Source: Octopus vulgaris | Lineage: Eukaryota | NCBI GenBank assembly: GCA_951406725.2 | Contig: OX597831.1 | Coordinates: 76,508,001 to 76,572,000 of the forward strand | Direction of reading: 5' to 3' | DNA: 64,000 nt | Part shown: positions 28,800 to 41,783 of the stretch, piece by piece | Layout: each line of letters starts with the position of its first letter | How positions within the stretch are numbered: the stretch's first letter is position 1 | Made by a program: the position numbers and the translations under genes | Notes under the pieces: model-generated | Told to the model about the DNA's origin: nothing | What the model saw: only the letters and a program-made list of their open reading frames with translations | Database searches by the model: none

Positions 28800-29934
28800 T
28801 GTCTGTGTCTGTGTCTGTGTCTGTGTGTGCATATGTGCGTGTGTATGTGTGCGCGTGATTTTCCAAGGGAAAGAACTTTAAGGAATATATTGAGAGTTAC
28901 GTCCCTTGCTTGAATGCTTATACTATTTGCGTCTGGAAAGATGTAAAATTATATTTGGTAACGCTTGCCTTTTCTGCAAATTTTCACCCCGCAAAGTATC
29001 TACGAAATTAAACGCACCAATATTCTAAAATTATCCCAAATATTGTACAATCTGCTTGGTTTTCTAACAGCGGAAACGTTATTTACTTTCGAAGCTTTGT
29101 TTACTTTACAACAGCGATCGGATATTGACGTTCGGTTTTGCCAGAACATATTAAGAATGGATACGTTGCTATTTGGGTCCTCGCTATCCTTCATGCACCT
29201 CTCTTGGTAGGCATCAAGAATTCACAAGGAAATGACTTGATTCCTCTAAACATGGATTTGAACTTTCGTGAGATCCCTCGGACTGAGGATACATACAATA
29301 AGGTCAAAATACCTATTTCTTTATAACCCATAAGGGGCTAAACACAGAGAGGACAAACAAGGACAGACACACGGATTAAGTCGATTACATCGACCCCAGT
29401 GCGTAACTGGTACTTAATTTATCGACCCCGAAAGGATGAAAGGCAAAGTCAACCTCGGAGGAATTTGAACTCAGAACGTAACGACACCACGATATCTCAG
29501 AGTCACCTTTCAACGAAGAGTCGCGTGTATTATGAACACGCATTACTTGAAGGGAGGAGGTATTCTCCGACGACGAAATACAACAACGATTAGCATATTC
29601 AAGTTCGAACCTGCCAGAATGTATTAAGAATGAATGGATACGTGATAGTTTTAAATCGTCTGCTTGTTATAAAAACTTTTATTTTAACAAAGCCAAGTCC
29701 TTGTGGTGTGACCGTTTGTATGCCAGTGGAGCGCCAGCTCCTTGAAGGGCCTCTGAAGATGGACAGGTCAAAGTTAGAGACCAGATTAATATGGTTCACC
29801 TCTTCCCAAAGGTAAAATAGGATTTGCATAGGGCCAGCATTCCTACAAAATAAATAATAAATAAAGCACAGTTACAAGAGCGGCCTACGCTCCATAAGAC
29901 GCAAAGGATTCAAGTTTTTTACTCTCTATATAAT

Positions 29935-30170
29935 GGTGGTGGCGCGTGGCTTAGTGTGTTGGACATGTGATCGTAAGATTGTGGTTTCGATTCCTGGTCG
30001 GAGCGATGCGTTGTATTCTTGAGGAAAACACTTCACTTAACATTGGTCCAGTCCAGTCCACTCAGCTGGCAAAAAAGAATAACCCTGCGACGGACCGGCT
30101 TCCTATCCAGGTAGGGATTCTACACGCCGTGGAAACAGGGAAACGGTACCTATTAAGTCAATACGACCCA
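29935..30170 (+). mobile_element. Diverged tRNA-derived SINE (family F); related pieces at 40170-40250 (-), 42820-43070 (-) and 59900-60005 (+)
   Basis: GGCGCGTGGCTTAGTG...GGTTTCGATTCC head; CCAGTCCACTCAGCTGGCAAAAA core. Confidence 0.65.
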
Positions 30171-30475
30171 TGAAGTATCTCTACTACTGTTTTTATAATG
30201 TGTTTAAGACAATTCCGAATGTTATACAATCTCTGTAGTTTTGTACAAATACAATACAATTATTCTTGGTCTCTTTTTACGCTTATTATCGTTGCCGACC
30301 GAGATTATTTATTTTGAATTTCACATCTCGAATTCGTGAGACAAATAAAGGTTTCTGGTTTGTGAGGAACAAAAATCCGCCAATTTTGAAGAAAAAGGAA
30401 TCTTTAACCGTTTGGCTTCTGTCTTTTATTTGTTTCAGTTATCATCATCGTCGTCGTCGTCTTCATCATCATCAG

Positions 30476-30514
<39 letters not shown>

Positions 30515-30584
30515 CATCATCATCATCACCACCACCACTACCACCACCCCAACCACCACTACCAGCAGCACCACCACACCACTA

Positions 30585-31930
30585 CCTATTTCTTTACTAC
30601 CCACAAGGGGCCAAACACAAAGGGGACAAACAAGGACAGACGAACGGATTAAGTCGATTAGATCGACCCCAGTGCGTAACTGGTACTTAATTTATCGACC
30701 CCGAAAGGATGAAAGGCAAAGTCGACCTCGGCGGAATTTGAACTCAGAACGTAGCGGTAGACGAAATACTGCTAAGCATTTCGCCCGGCGTGCTAACGTT
30801 TCTACCAGCTCACCGCCTTCGACCACACCACTACCACAACCATCACACCAACAACACCATCAACTCAAAACGTAGACACTGAGAACACATAATTGCTTTC
30901 TATTATAGGCACAAGGCCTGGAATTTGGTGCGAGTCGGTTAAGCGATTTCAACGACCCAATGTTTAACTGGTGCTTATTTTACCGACCCTGAAAGGATAA
31001 AAAGTAAAGTCGACCTCGGAAGAATTTGAACTCAGAATGTAAAGACGGACGAAATGCCGCAAAGCATTATGCCCGGAGCGCTAACGATTCTACCATCGCG
31101 CCGCCTTCCATATAAGGCATGTTCTTTTCTACTCTAGGCACAAGGCCCGAAATTTTGGGGGATGTGAGGCAAGTCGATTAGATCGGCTCCAGTACTTAAC
31201 TGGTACTTAATTTGTTGACCCCACGAAAGGATGAAAAGCAAAGTCGACATCGGTGGAATTTGAACTCAGAACGTAAAGACAGACGAAATACTACCAAGTA
31301 TTTCGCCCGGCATGCTAGCGTTTCTTTTTTCTTTATTGCCCACGAGGAGCTAAACACAGAGGGGACAAACAAGGACCTACAAAGGGATTAAGTCGATTAT
31401 ATCGACCCCAGTGCGTAACTGGATCTTAATTTATCGACCTCGAAAGGATGAAAACCAAAGTCGCCCTCGGAAGAATTTGACGAAATACCTATTTCGGCAG
31501 ACGAAATACCTATTTCTTTACTACTCACAAGGGGCTAAACACAGAGAGGACAAACAAGGGCAGACAAACGGATTAAGTCGATTATATCGACCCCAGTGCA
31601 TAACTGGTACTTATTTAATCGACCCCGAAAGGATGAAAGGCAAAGTCGACCTCGGCAGAATGTGAACTCAGAACGTAAAGACAGACAAAATACCTATTTC
31701 TTTACTATCCACAAGGGTCTAAACACAGAGGAGACAAACAAGGACAGACACACGGATTAAGTCGATTACATCGACCCAGTGTGTAACTGGTACTTATTTA
31801 ATCGACCCCGAAAGGATGGAAGGCAAAATCGCCCTCGGTGGAGTTTGAACTCAGAACGTAAAGACAGACGAAATACTGCTAAGCATTTCGGCCCCGGCGT
31901 GCTAAAATTTCTACCACCTCGCCGCCTTCC
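30585..31930 (-). mobile_element. SINE family B cluster including a multi-unit tandem array (31125-31930)
   Basis: Repeated GAAAGGATGAAAGGCAAAGTCGACCTCGG; heads at 30818, 31108 and 31928. Confidence 0.85.
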
Positions 31931-32570
31931 ATAAAATGCATATCACATATGATGCAAGCTATTCTATACAACACTCTAAAGAGCTTACCACTTCGCCGAT
32001 TCGATAAACAAAAAGAGAAACAAATTTAATCTGATGGCATTCTCTGATGATGTCCACTCAAGCATTTCGAAACTAGTTGAACCTGTTTCCAGCCTCGTTC
32101 TCAAACAGGATGTTAATCACATTGAATATTGAGAATACAAAATAAAGAACACCGTTCGCTACATTTCATTGTGGACACATCGTTGTTGTGAGCGATGGAC
32201 CTTAACATTGGGGAAAGAACAAAAGCGGATATTAATCTTAGCCATTGCTCATAAAATAAAATAAAGTATATCAAAACAGGAATAAAACAAATGCTATTTC
32301 CTTCGAAAAAGAAAAGCAAAAAATACGCCACCGGAAATGGTATCTTAACCGACTTGTATACAGTTTATATATGGGGGTGGTTGCGTTCTCCGAAAGATGC
32401 AGCTTGCTTCAAGAGAACAAGCTTTAAATAAGGTTTTAAGCAAAACATGAACGAGGGAGCGGCGGCGCTGGGGTCGGGAGTTGGGGCGGAGGAGAGAGAA
32501 ATCAGAAATTGCTTGTCGAACAGGTTATAGCAATTTAAAGGTTAGTGGCGACAGGTAACGATTAAACAGG

Positions 32571-32597
32571 GATGATGATGATGGTGGAGGTGATGAC

Positions 32598-32663
<66 letters not shown>

Positions 32664-32761
32664 GATGATGAAGATGATGATGATGAAGATGATGATGATG
32701 AAGATGATGATGATGATGAAGATGATGAAGATGATGATGATGAAGATGATGACGCTGATGC

Positions 32762-32823
<62 letters not shown>

Positions 32824-32840
32824 ATGATGATGATGATGAA

Positions 32841-32876
<36 letters not shown>

Positions 32877-32921
32877 GATGATGATGATGAAGATGATGTT
32901 GATGAAGATGATGATGATGAA

Positions 32922-32954
<33 letters not shown>

Positions 32955-33046
32955 GATGATGATGATGAAGATGATGATGATGAAGATGATGATGATGATG
33001 ATGATGAAGATGATGAAGATGATGATGATGATGATGATGCTGATGC

Positions 33047-33128
<82 letters not shown>

Positions 33129-33268
33129 GATGATGATGATGATGATGATGATGATGAAGATGATGATGATGAAGATGATGATGATGATGATGATGATGAT
33201 GAAGATGATGATGATGATGATGATGAAGATGATGAAGATGATGATGATGAAGATGATGACGCTGATGC

Positions 33269-33333
<65 letters not shown>

Positions 33334-33518
33334 ATGATGATGATGATGAAGATGATGATGATGATGATGATGATGATGAAGATGATGATGATGAAGATGA
33401 TGTTGATGAAGATGATGATGATGAAGATGATGATGATGATGATGATGAAGATGATGAAGATGATGATGATGAAGATGATGACGCTGATGCTGATGATGAT
33501 GATGATGATGATGATGAT

Positions 33519-33549
<31 letters not shown>

Positions 33550-33778
33550 ATGATGATGATGATGAAGATGATGATGATGATGATGATGATGATGAAGATG
33601 ATGATGATGATGATGAAGATGATGATGATGAAGATGATGATGATGAAGATGATGATGATGATGAAGATGATGAAGATGATGATGATGAAGATGATGATGA
33701 TGAAGATGATGATGATGATGATGATGAAGATGATGAAGATGATGAAGGTGATGATGATGAAGATGATGACGCTGATGC

Positions 33779-33826
<48 letters not shown>

Positions 33827-33949
33827 CGATGATGATGATGATGATGATGATGATGAAGATGATGATGATGATGATGATGATGATGAAGATGATGATGATG
33901 ATGATGAAGATGATGAAGATGATGATGATGAAGATGATGACGCTGATGC

Positions 33950-34016
<67 letters not shown>

Positions 34017-34024
34017 GATGATGT

Positions 34025-34073
<49 letters not shown>

Positions 34074-34150
34074 GATGATGTTGATGATGATGATGATGAT
34101 GATGATGAAGATGATGTTGATGATGATGATGAAGATGATGACGCTGATGC

Positions 34151-34187
<37 letters not shown>

Positions 34188-34214
34188 GATGATGATGATG
34201 ATGATGATGATGAA

Positions 34215-34248
<34 letters not shown>

Positions 34249-34252
34249 CTGA

Positions 34253-34335
<83 letters not shown>

Positions 34336-34364
34336 TCGATGATGATGATGATGATGATCATGAA

Positions 34365-34408
<44 letters not shown>
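32571..34408. repeat. 1.84 kb (GAT)n array with variant triplets and higher-order structure
   Basis: GAT with GAA, GAC, GCT and GTT variants; recurring GACGCTGATGCTG landmark. Confidence 0.95.
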
Positions 34409-34676
34409 CCAACGATCGTTTTCGATACTCTTTCTGGGTGATCGGTCAACCGTGACCGCGGACCGGTTTTTGATAGTTTCTCATGCGGCGGGGATGAGGG
34501 TGGGGTGGGGATGTCGTTCCTCATCATTGATTAACGTTGATGTTCATTCAGAAGAAGGATGGCTGTGGGAATTCAAGAGGTTTGCCTCGTAAATTTGCAG
34601 GTTTCAAGTTCGATACTATTGCCTGGTCCCTCGGGAAAAGCATCACCAAATCTTTGGGAGTGGGATTCCGCCGGGT

Positions 34677-35170
34677 GGTTGTGGTTGTGGTGGTGGTGGT
34701 GGTGGTGGTGGTGGTGGTGGTGGTGGTGGTGATGGTGATGGTGATGGTGGTGGTGGTGGTGGTGGTGGTGGTGGTGGTGGTGGTGGCGGTGGTGGTGGTG
34801 GTGATGGTGATGGTGATTATGGTGGTGGTGGTGGTGGTGGTGGTGGTGGTGGTGGTGGTGGTGGTGGTGGATGGTGATGGTGATTATGGTGGTGGTGGTG
34901 GTGGCGGTGGTGGTGGTGGTGATGGTGGTGGCAGTGGTGGGGGTGATGGTGGTTGCGGTGGGGGTGGGGGTGATGGTGGAGGTGGTGGTGGTGGTGGTGG
35001 TGGTGGTAGTGGTGGGGTAGTGGTAGTAGTGGTGGTGGTGGTAGTGGTGGTGGAGTTGTGGTGGTGGTGGTGGGTGGTGGTGGTGGTGGTGGTGGTGAGG
35101 TTGGTGGTGGTGAGGTTGGTGGTGGTGGTGGTGATAGTGATGTAGTAGTGGTTGTGGGGTGGTGGTGATG
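34677..35170. repeat. (GGT)n tract
   Basis: Directly visible. Confidence 0.95.
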
Positions 35171-35172
35171 GT

Positions 35173-35400
35173 GGCGGCGAGCTGGCAGAATCGTTAGCAC
35201 GCCGGGCAAAATGCTTTGCAGTATTTCGTCTGCCGTTACGTTCTGAGTTCAAATTCCGCTGAGGTCGACTTTGCCTTTCATCCTTTCGGGGTCGATAAAT
35301 TAAGTACCAGTTACGCACTGGGGTCGATGTAATCGACATAATCCGTGTGTCCGTCCTTGTTTGTCCCCTCTGTGTTTAGCCCCTTGTGGGTAATAAAGAA
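35173..35400 (+). mobile_element. SINE family B monomer inside (GGT)n
   Basis: GGCGGCGAGCTGGCAGAATCGTTAGC...GGGTAATAAAGAAA. Confidence 0.9.
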
Positions 35401-36268
35401 ACAGATGGTGATGGTGGTGCTGGTTGTGGTAGTAGTGTTGATGGTGGTAATACTGGGGTGATGCAGGTAGTGCTGGTCGTAGCGGTGGTAGTGGTGGTGG
35501 TGGTGGTGGTGGTGGTGGTATTGGTGGTGGTGGTGGTGGTTGTGTTGGTGGTAGTGGTGGCATTGACGGCGACAATTGAAGTGGTGTTTCACCACTATGC
35601 TACGACAGCTCTGATTGAGCGGAACTTACAATCAAATACAATCCAACCGCGACCTTCCTTCATCTTCTTTGTCATATTTTCACATCATCTACGAGGTACC
35701 GGGTTCGATTCTACATCGTGGCATCTTAGGCAAATATAATTTTCTATAACCCCAGGTCGAACCTACTTTGTAAGGGAAACTGGATAAACGGAAACTGTAT
35801 AGAAGCCCGTCGAATGGACTATACCCGGAATTCACAAGAGATACTGTATTGTCAGGTTCATCGTGTCACGTTCACCCTTCCTGCCAATTACATTAAGGGT
35901 ACGTAAAGGGTGCAGAATTTTAAGACCCAGCTGCAACAAATATGCGATGCATTTTTCCTGCTGCTCTAACGATTCTGCAATCTGTCCACCATTATACTAA
36001 ACCTGTGGTTCTCGACCATTTCTTTTACTTGTTGTTTCCCTTGATTCCTATTCTACGCAGACGGAGCCTCGTCGACATTCGGTGAAGTGCGCCGAAGCAG
36101 ATTCTTGCTTAAGTTTATAGAGGGTTTTGAGATTCATGTCTATATTTGCCAATGCTCTGGTTTCTTTTTCTTGTATCGTTCAAATGCCTACTGGACGATA
36201 CAAGTCAGACGATAATATTCCGAGCGCAGAATTGCCGTTACAAAGCGGAAAAAATTGTTAACAACCAG

Positions 36269-36383
36269 CCATGGGACTCGAACCCATGGAACTCGAACAT
36301 ACGGGACTCAAAACCATGGGACTCGAACTCATATCCCTCGAAGACTCCGACCGAGAGTTTTACCATTAAGCTAAACTGCCCGC
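36269..36383 (-). pseudogene. tRNA-like sequence or SINE head with fourfold tandem B-box segment
   Basis: Minus TAGCTTAATGGTAAA (A box) ... GAGTTCGAGTCCCATGG, then three more 15 bp units. Confidence 0.55.
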
Positions 36384-36505
36384 TGACAAATTCATCCGCG
36401 ATGTACAACAACTACGTGCAGCCAATGTACAACTACGCATATAGAAATAAACACACCGAGATTTGTTTTTATAAGCGTCGAGATATAAGGATCATTTATT
36501 AAGTA

Positions 36506-36889
36506 CTAGCAGTATCGCCCGGCGTTGCTTGGGTTTGTAAGGGAAATAACTATATAAGCATTTTTAGAGATGTAAAGTATAATAGCCATCTCAATATGGC
36601 TAACCACAAGGGGGGGGGTGTTACATTCTGAGATTTAATAATAAATTTTTAGAGAGTTACTTCCCTTATATATGCCAAAAATGCATTAAAAATGAGAAAA
36701 ATTGATGGTAATTTTTTTTTTAATCGTAGACTCATCGTAGACGCGCGCTAATACCCAGAAGGGCTCGATATGAATCACGACTATAAGATACCCGGTTTTG
36801 GTTAAACTGCATCGCAAAATGTGGGAGTAGTTAGGAATCTAAATCGTAGGAGACAGACAGACACACAATCTCTCTTTTATATATAAAGA
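36506..36889 (-). mobile_element. Non-autonomous Helitron
   Basis: Minus strand A|TC...hairpin...CTAG|T; shares ~200 bp with 17360-17565. Confidence 0.85.
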
Positions 36890-37371
36890 TTTCTGATGTT
36901 CTGACGGCAATTCTGCGTTCGAACAAATATTATCCAATTTCTATCGTTCAGCACACATTTCGACGCTTATAAAATCAAATGTGTGTGTGAGGGAGTGAGT
37001 GTTCTAACACGTACTTTATATACACTCACTATCTAAGATCTGTAATCTATGCTTCATAAACGTTCACTACCGAAGATCTGTAATCTAACATATATCTTAT
37101 ATGTACTTTAATATCTACTTTATATGCAATCACTGTGATCGAACCTGTATAATTCCTAGTCTCCCTTGTTGCCTAGACAACGGCTTGTGTAGCTGTAAAT
37201 AACGCAAATATGATGCGTGTTTTGGTATATTCGTATGTATGCATGTATATATATATACATATATATAAGACTTTTTCAATTCCCGAGCGTTCTACTAATA
37301 CATCTGTTTGTTTTCTACACCACCTGTCTTTGTCTTTGTTATTTTTCGTGAATTCTCCCTATATATATATA

Positions 37372-37747
37372 CTAGCAGTATCGCCCGGCGTTGCTCAGGT
37401 TTGTAAGGGAAATAACTATAAAGCATCTTTAGAGAGTTATAGCCAAAAAATAGCAAAAAAATGGAAAAAAAATGATCGTAAATTTTTTTTTGAGAGTAAA
37501 AAAGGTTGAGTTGCGTCCCCTAGACAGTCTGTGGTTTGTTTTTTATTCTCGACCCCATGTCGAATTTATCGATTTTTTTCAGAACTGGGGGAACTTTTCA
37601 AAATTTTCGCTGCGTTAGTTTTGAATTATGACATTGGGCTATGTGTGTGTCAAGTTTCATCAGAATCGGTTGAAAGCCGTGGTCAGGGTGAGGGTACGAG
37701 AAAACAGACACACAGAAACACGCACAGACAAACTGCCGTTTATATAT

Positions 37748-37752
<5 letters not shown>
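37372..37752 (-). mobile_element. Non-autonomous Helitron with the same 3' end and a different body
   Basis: ACTAGCAGTATCGCCCGGCGTTGCTC...TATATATAGAGAT. Confidence 0.8.
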
Positions 37753-37821
<69 letters not shown>

Positions 37822-37872
37822 GCATGACTGCAATTATATGTGTGTATATATGTGTATCTGAATATATGTATC

Positions 37873-37906
<34 letters not shown>

Positions 37907-38344
37907 TGTATGTATGTATGTATGTATGTATGTATGTATGTATGTATGTATGTATGTATGTGCGTGTGTGTGTACGCATGGATATGTATGTCTGTATTTA
38001 TGTGTGGGTAGATAGGGAAGGTGGTGAATGTTTAATTATTATTTTGATGGCGATAAAACTCATAAAATGACCATCACCAAGGGACGGACTCTAGTCTCTA
38101 ACGTGGTTCCAATTCACTTAACTTTCGAATGAATAATTGATGAATACTTCTGAGTTGCATGCATGTACATGTATGTATGTATGTATGTATGTATGTATGT
38201 ATGTATGTATGTATGTATGTATGTATGTATGTATGTATGTATGTATGTATGTATGTATGTATGTATGTATGTGTGAGTGTATGTGAGTGTATTTGTGTGT
38301 ATGTATGAGTGTTCACTTTCTATTTTTTACTTGCTTCAGTCATT

Positions 38345-38716
38345 AGATTAAGTCAATTATATCGACCCCAGTGCGTAACTGGTACTTATTTAATCGACCC
38401 CGAAAGGATGAAAGGCAAAGTCGACCTCGGCGAAATTTGAACTCAGAACGTAACGGCAGACGAAATACGGCTACGCATTTCGTCCGGCGTGCTAACGATT
38501 CTTATTTCTTTATTGCCCACAAGGGGCTAAACACAGAGGGGACAAACAAGGATAGACAAAGGGATTAAGTCAATTACATCGACCCCAGTGCGTAACTGGT
38601 ACTTAATTTATCGACCCCGAAGGGATGAAAGGCAAAGTCGACCTCGGTGGAATTTGAACTCAGAACGTAAAGACAGACGAAATAACTCTAAGCATTTCAG
38701 CTCCGGCGTGATAACA
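38345..38716 (-). mobile_element. SINE family B, two units
   Basis: Family B homology. Confidence 0.85.
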
Positions 38717-38798
38717 ATTCTGTCAGCTCATCGCCTCAGACACACACGTGTATTATTTTAACTCGTCTATATTTTCCTTCATCTGTTCCAATGTCACG

Positions 38799-39104
38799 TC
38801 ATCACGTGACCGACCAGACCATCAGATGTTGTTACACATCGCTGGTCACAATGCGTTCGCATTGTTTTAGTCTTCGAACGACGCCACCCCGCTGGCTAAG
38901 CGAGCAGGCCAACAGAAGAAAGAGTGGGAGAAAGAATGGTGAAAGAGTACAGCAGGGATCGCCACCACCCTCTGCCGGAGCGTCGTGGAGCTTTTTAGGT
39001 GTTTTCGCTCAATAAACACTCACAACGCCCGGTCTAGGAATCGAAACCGCGATCCTACGACCACGAGTCCGCTGCCCTAACCACTGGGCCATTGCGCCTC
39101 CACC
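38799..39104 (-). mobile_element. SINE family C (tRNA-derived), full length
   Basis: Minus head GGAGGCGCAATGGCCCAGTGGTTAGGGCAGCGGACTCG...GGTTTCGATTCC; matches 48484-48798. Confidence 0.9.
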
Positions 39105-39377
39105 TATTCCAATGTATTTATCTTTATTACTCATTTTTACTTTTTTTTTTCTTGATCTTTTCCAGTTTGTTCTGGCGACCACATCATGCCTTATGGGAAG
39201 GTAAGTTTTCTAAAACAGTGCTTCTTAAACTAATTGATGTGGCGTACCGTCAGTTTTTCTTAACCCAATGCGCCAGGGACCGGTAATATTTCCTAGTAAC
39301 ATTAATTTATACCGGAAACAATATTTATGATGAATATAATAAAAGTTGACAATTTTTTTTATCGTATATTTATTTTG

Positions 39378-39782
39378 TAGGAGTGGCTGTGTGGTAAGTA
39401 GCTTGCTAAACAACCACATGGTTCCGGGTTCAGTCCCACTGCGTGGCACCTTGGGCAAGTGTCTTCTACTATTGGCTCGAGCCGACCAAAGCCTTGTGAG
39501 AGGATTTGGTAGACGGAAACTGAAAGAAGCCCGTCGTATATATGTATATATATATATGTACGTGTGTGTATATGTTTGTATGTCTGTGTTTGTCCCCCTA
39601 GCATTGCTTGACAACCGATGCTGGTGTGTTTACGTCACTTAGCGGTTCGGCAAAAGAGACCGATAGAATAAGTTCTTGCCTTACAAAGAATAAGTCCTGT
39701 GGTTGATTTGCTCGACTAAAGGCGGTACTCCAGCATGGCCACAGTCAAATGACTGAAACAAATAAAAGAGTAAAAGAGTAAA
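39378..39782 (+). mobile_element. SINE family A, full length
   Basis: Family A homology. Confidence 0.9.
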
Positions 39783-39873
39783 TAATACAATATTACATAA
39801 GCATTTAATAATGCTTCTTTCTTTTCTGGAAACTCGCTGCGGACCCGCAGCTGATGACTCGTGGACTGGCACC

Positions 39874-39900
39874 GGGTTAGGGTTAGGGTTAGGGTTAGGG
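39874..39900 (+). repeat. Interstitial telomere-type repeat GGG(TTAGGG)4
   Basis: GGGTTAGGGTTAGGGTTAGGGTTAGGG. Confidence 0.8.
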
Positions 39901-40460
39901 GCCACCACTTTGAGTAGCGCTAGTTTAGAGGATATTCTCTCTCCAATCAGCAAAGATACATCATGTCCTTAATTTTAGCTTGGCGCAAACCATTCACACA
40001 ACGTTTTCCAGTCTTTTTTTTACTGAAGAAGGTATTTGCTGGGGGTTTCTTCTCTCCTGGGTTTCACGGAGACAAACTTCAAAATAATCCTCCCCGAGTC
40101 ATACAGATTCAGAGGACCGGTTTCCCGATTTTCCTGCCACATACATTCCCTTCCTGGATGGGACGCCAGTCCCTCACAGGCTTACTCATTTTTGCCAGTT
40201 GAGTGGACTGGAGCAACGTAAAAGAAAGGTTTTTGCTTAAGAACACAATATTTATATCAATATATACCAATTGCTGGAAGGGCCATCGTATTTCGTATTA
40301 CTGAAGAAGCAGCAATAACTCCTGAAATATGTATATACACAGATTACTTATTTTCTTTTATCGCCTTGTTTACATGAACGTTTTCGTATACGAACCGTCG
40401 TAGCTTTCAGGGATGGCTCTAACTTTTATAGAAAATCAATAGAATTAACTTTAAAAAGTA

Positions 40461-40504
<44 letters not shown>

Positions 40505-40508
40505 CGAG

Positions 40509-40554
<46 letters not shown>

Positions 40555-40579
40555 AGTGAGAGAGAGAGAGAGGAGGAGG

Positions 40580-40688
<109 letters not shown>

Positions 40689-40799
40689 TAAACTATAAAA
40701 CAAACTGGGAGGAAAGAGACGGAACGAAGTGAAAATTCGAAAATTCGAAAATTCAAACGAACCCGACGCGAAGCGCTGTCAGACAATAGTGCAATAAAT

Positions 40800-41140
40800 A
40801 AAATATATGCATACATACAAACATATATGTACGTACCGACATCTACATGTATATATACATGCATATATAAATATATATACGTACAGGACACCACAAAAAG
40901 ACGTAAAACTCAACAGAAACGAAAACGGAAAAGCCATTTTGTTACCACAGAAGGACAGAGACGTGGAACAGGACGAAAACGAAAACAGGAAAAACAATAT
41001 GTACAGCAGAAAAACGAGGTACAGGACAAAAATCCCCTTCATCAGCTGTCACTAGCAGACATAGCGTGTTTCGAAGGCAAGACAGGACACGTCTGGTCAT
41101 GCTAGGCCTTCCTACGAGAGAATTAAAATAAAATAACCTC
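40800..41140 (-). mobile_element. Unclassified repeat, homologous to 62790-63110
   Basis: Shared GTACAGGACACC, GAAACGAAAAC, TCCCCTTC(A/T)TCAG(C/T)TGTC, TTCGAAGG, CCTTCC, AATTAAA. Confidence 0.65.
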
Positions 41141-41752
41141 GCAGAGGGGTAAAACGAGCAAGAACAAAATGTAACACAAAAAGGGACGTAACAAAGAACT
41201 GCACAAAAAAATACAAGAGAAAAATACAAAAATAAAAGATACATGTACAAGAAAATACAAAACGAGAAATAAATTACAATACGAGAAATCAAAATAAACA
41301 AGAGAAGAAACGTTCGTCTTTTTCGTTTGTATCAATTTCTCTGTTGCAACGACATCAACAACAACAGTGGTACCATTAGCAACAGAGAGTAACTATGTGT
41401 GAGTGTTACAGATATTTGAACTCTCCAGATTCTGGAAACCGGAAGTTGTGTTGATGGCGCCTGTGTCGAACACGCCTGATGTTCACAACAGACATCAGGA
41501 TATGGTTCTGTCTTATCTTTTACTACCACCTATACTACCACCAACACCACATCACAATCACCACCTATAACCACTACCGTCAACACCATAACAACACATC
41601 ACAACCACCACCACCATCACCCCTCACACTACCTCCCACACACATACGCCAATACCATAACCTCCTCCTCCACCACCAACCAACACCACCGCCACCACCA
41701 CCATCACCCCTCACGCTACCCCCACGCACACACTAATACCATAACCTCCTCC

Positions 41753-41783
<31 letters not shown>

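Noticed and set aside
32041-32085. CTGATGA...GAAACTAGTT hammerhead-like string
   Set aside because: Stems I and II do not pair acceptably
32542-34527. 661 aa poly-His, 627 aa poly-Met and 616 aa poly-Ile ORFs
   Set aside because: Expected stop-free readings of a (GAT)n array; no independent coding evidence
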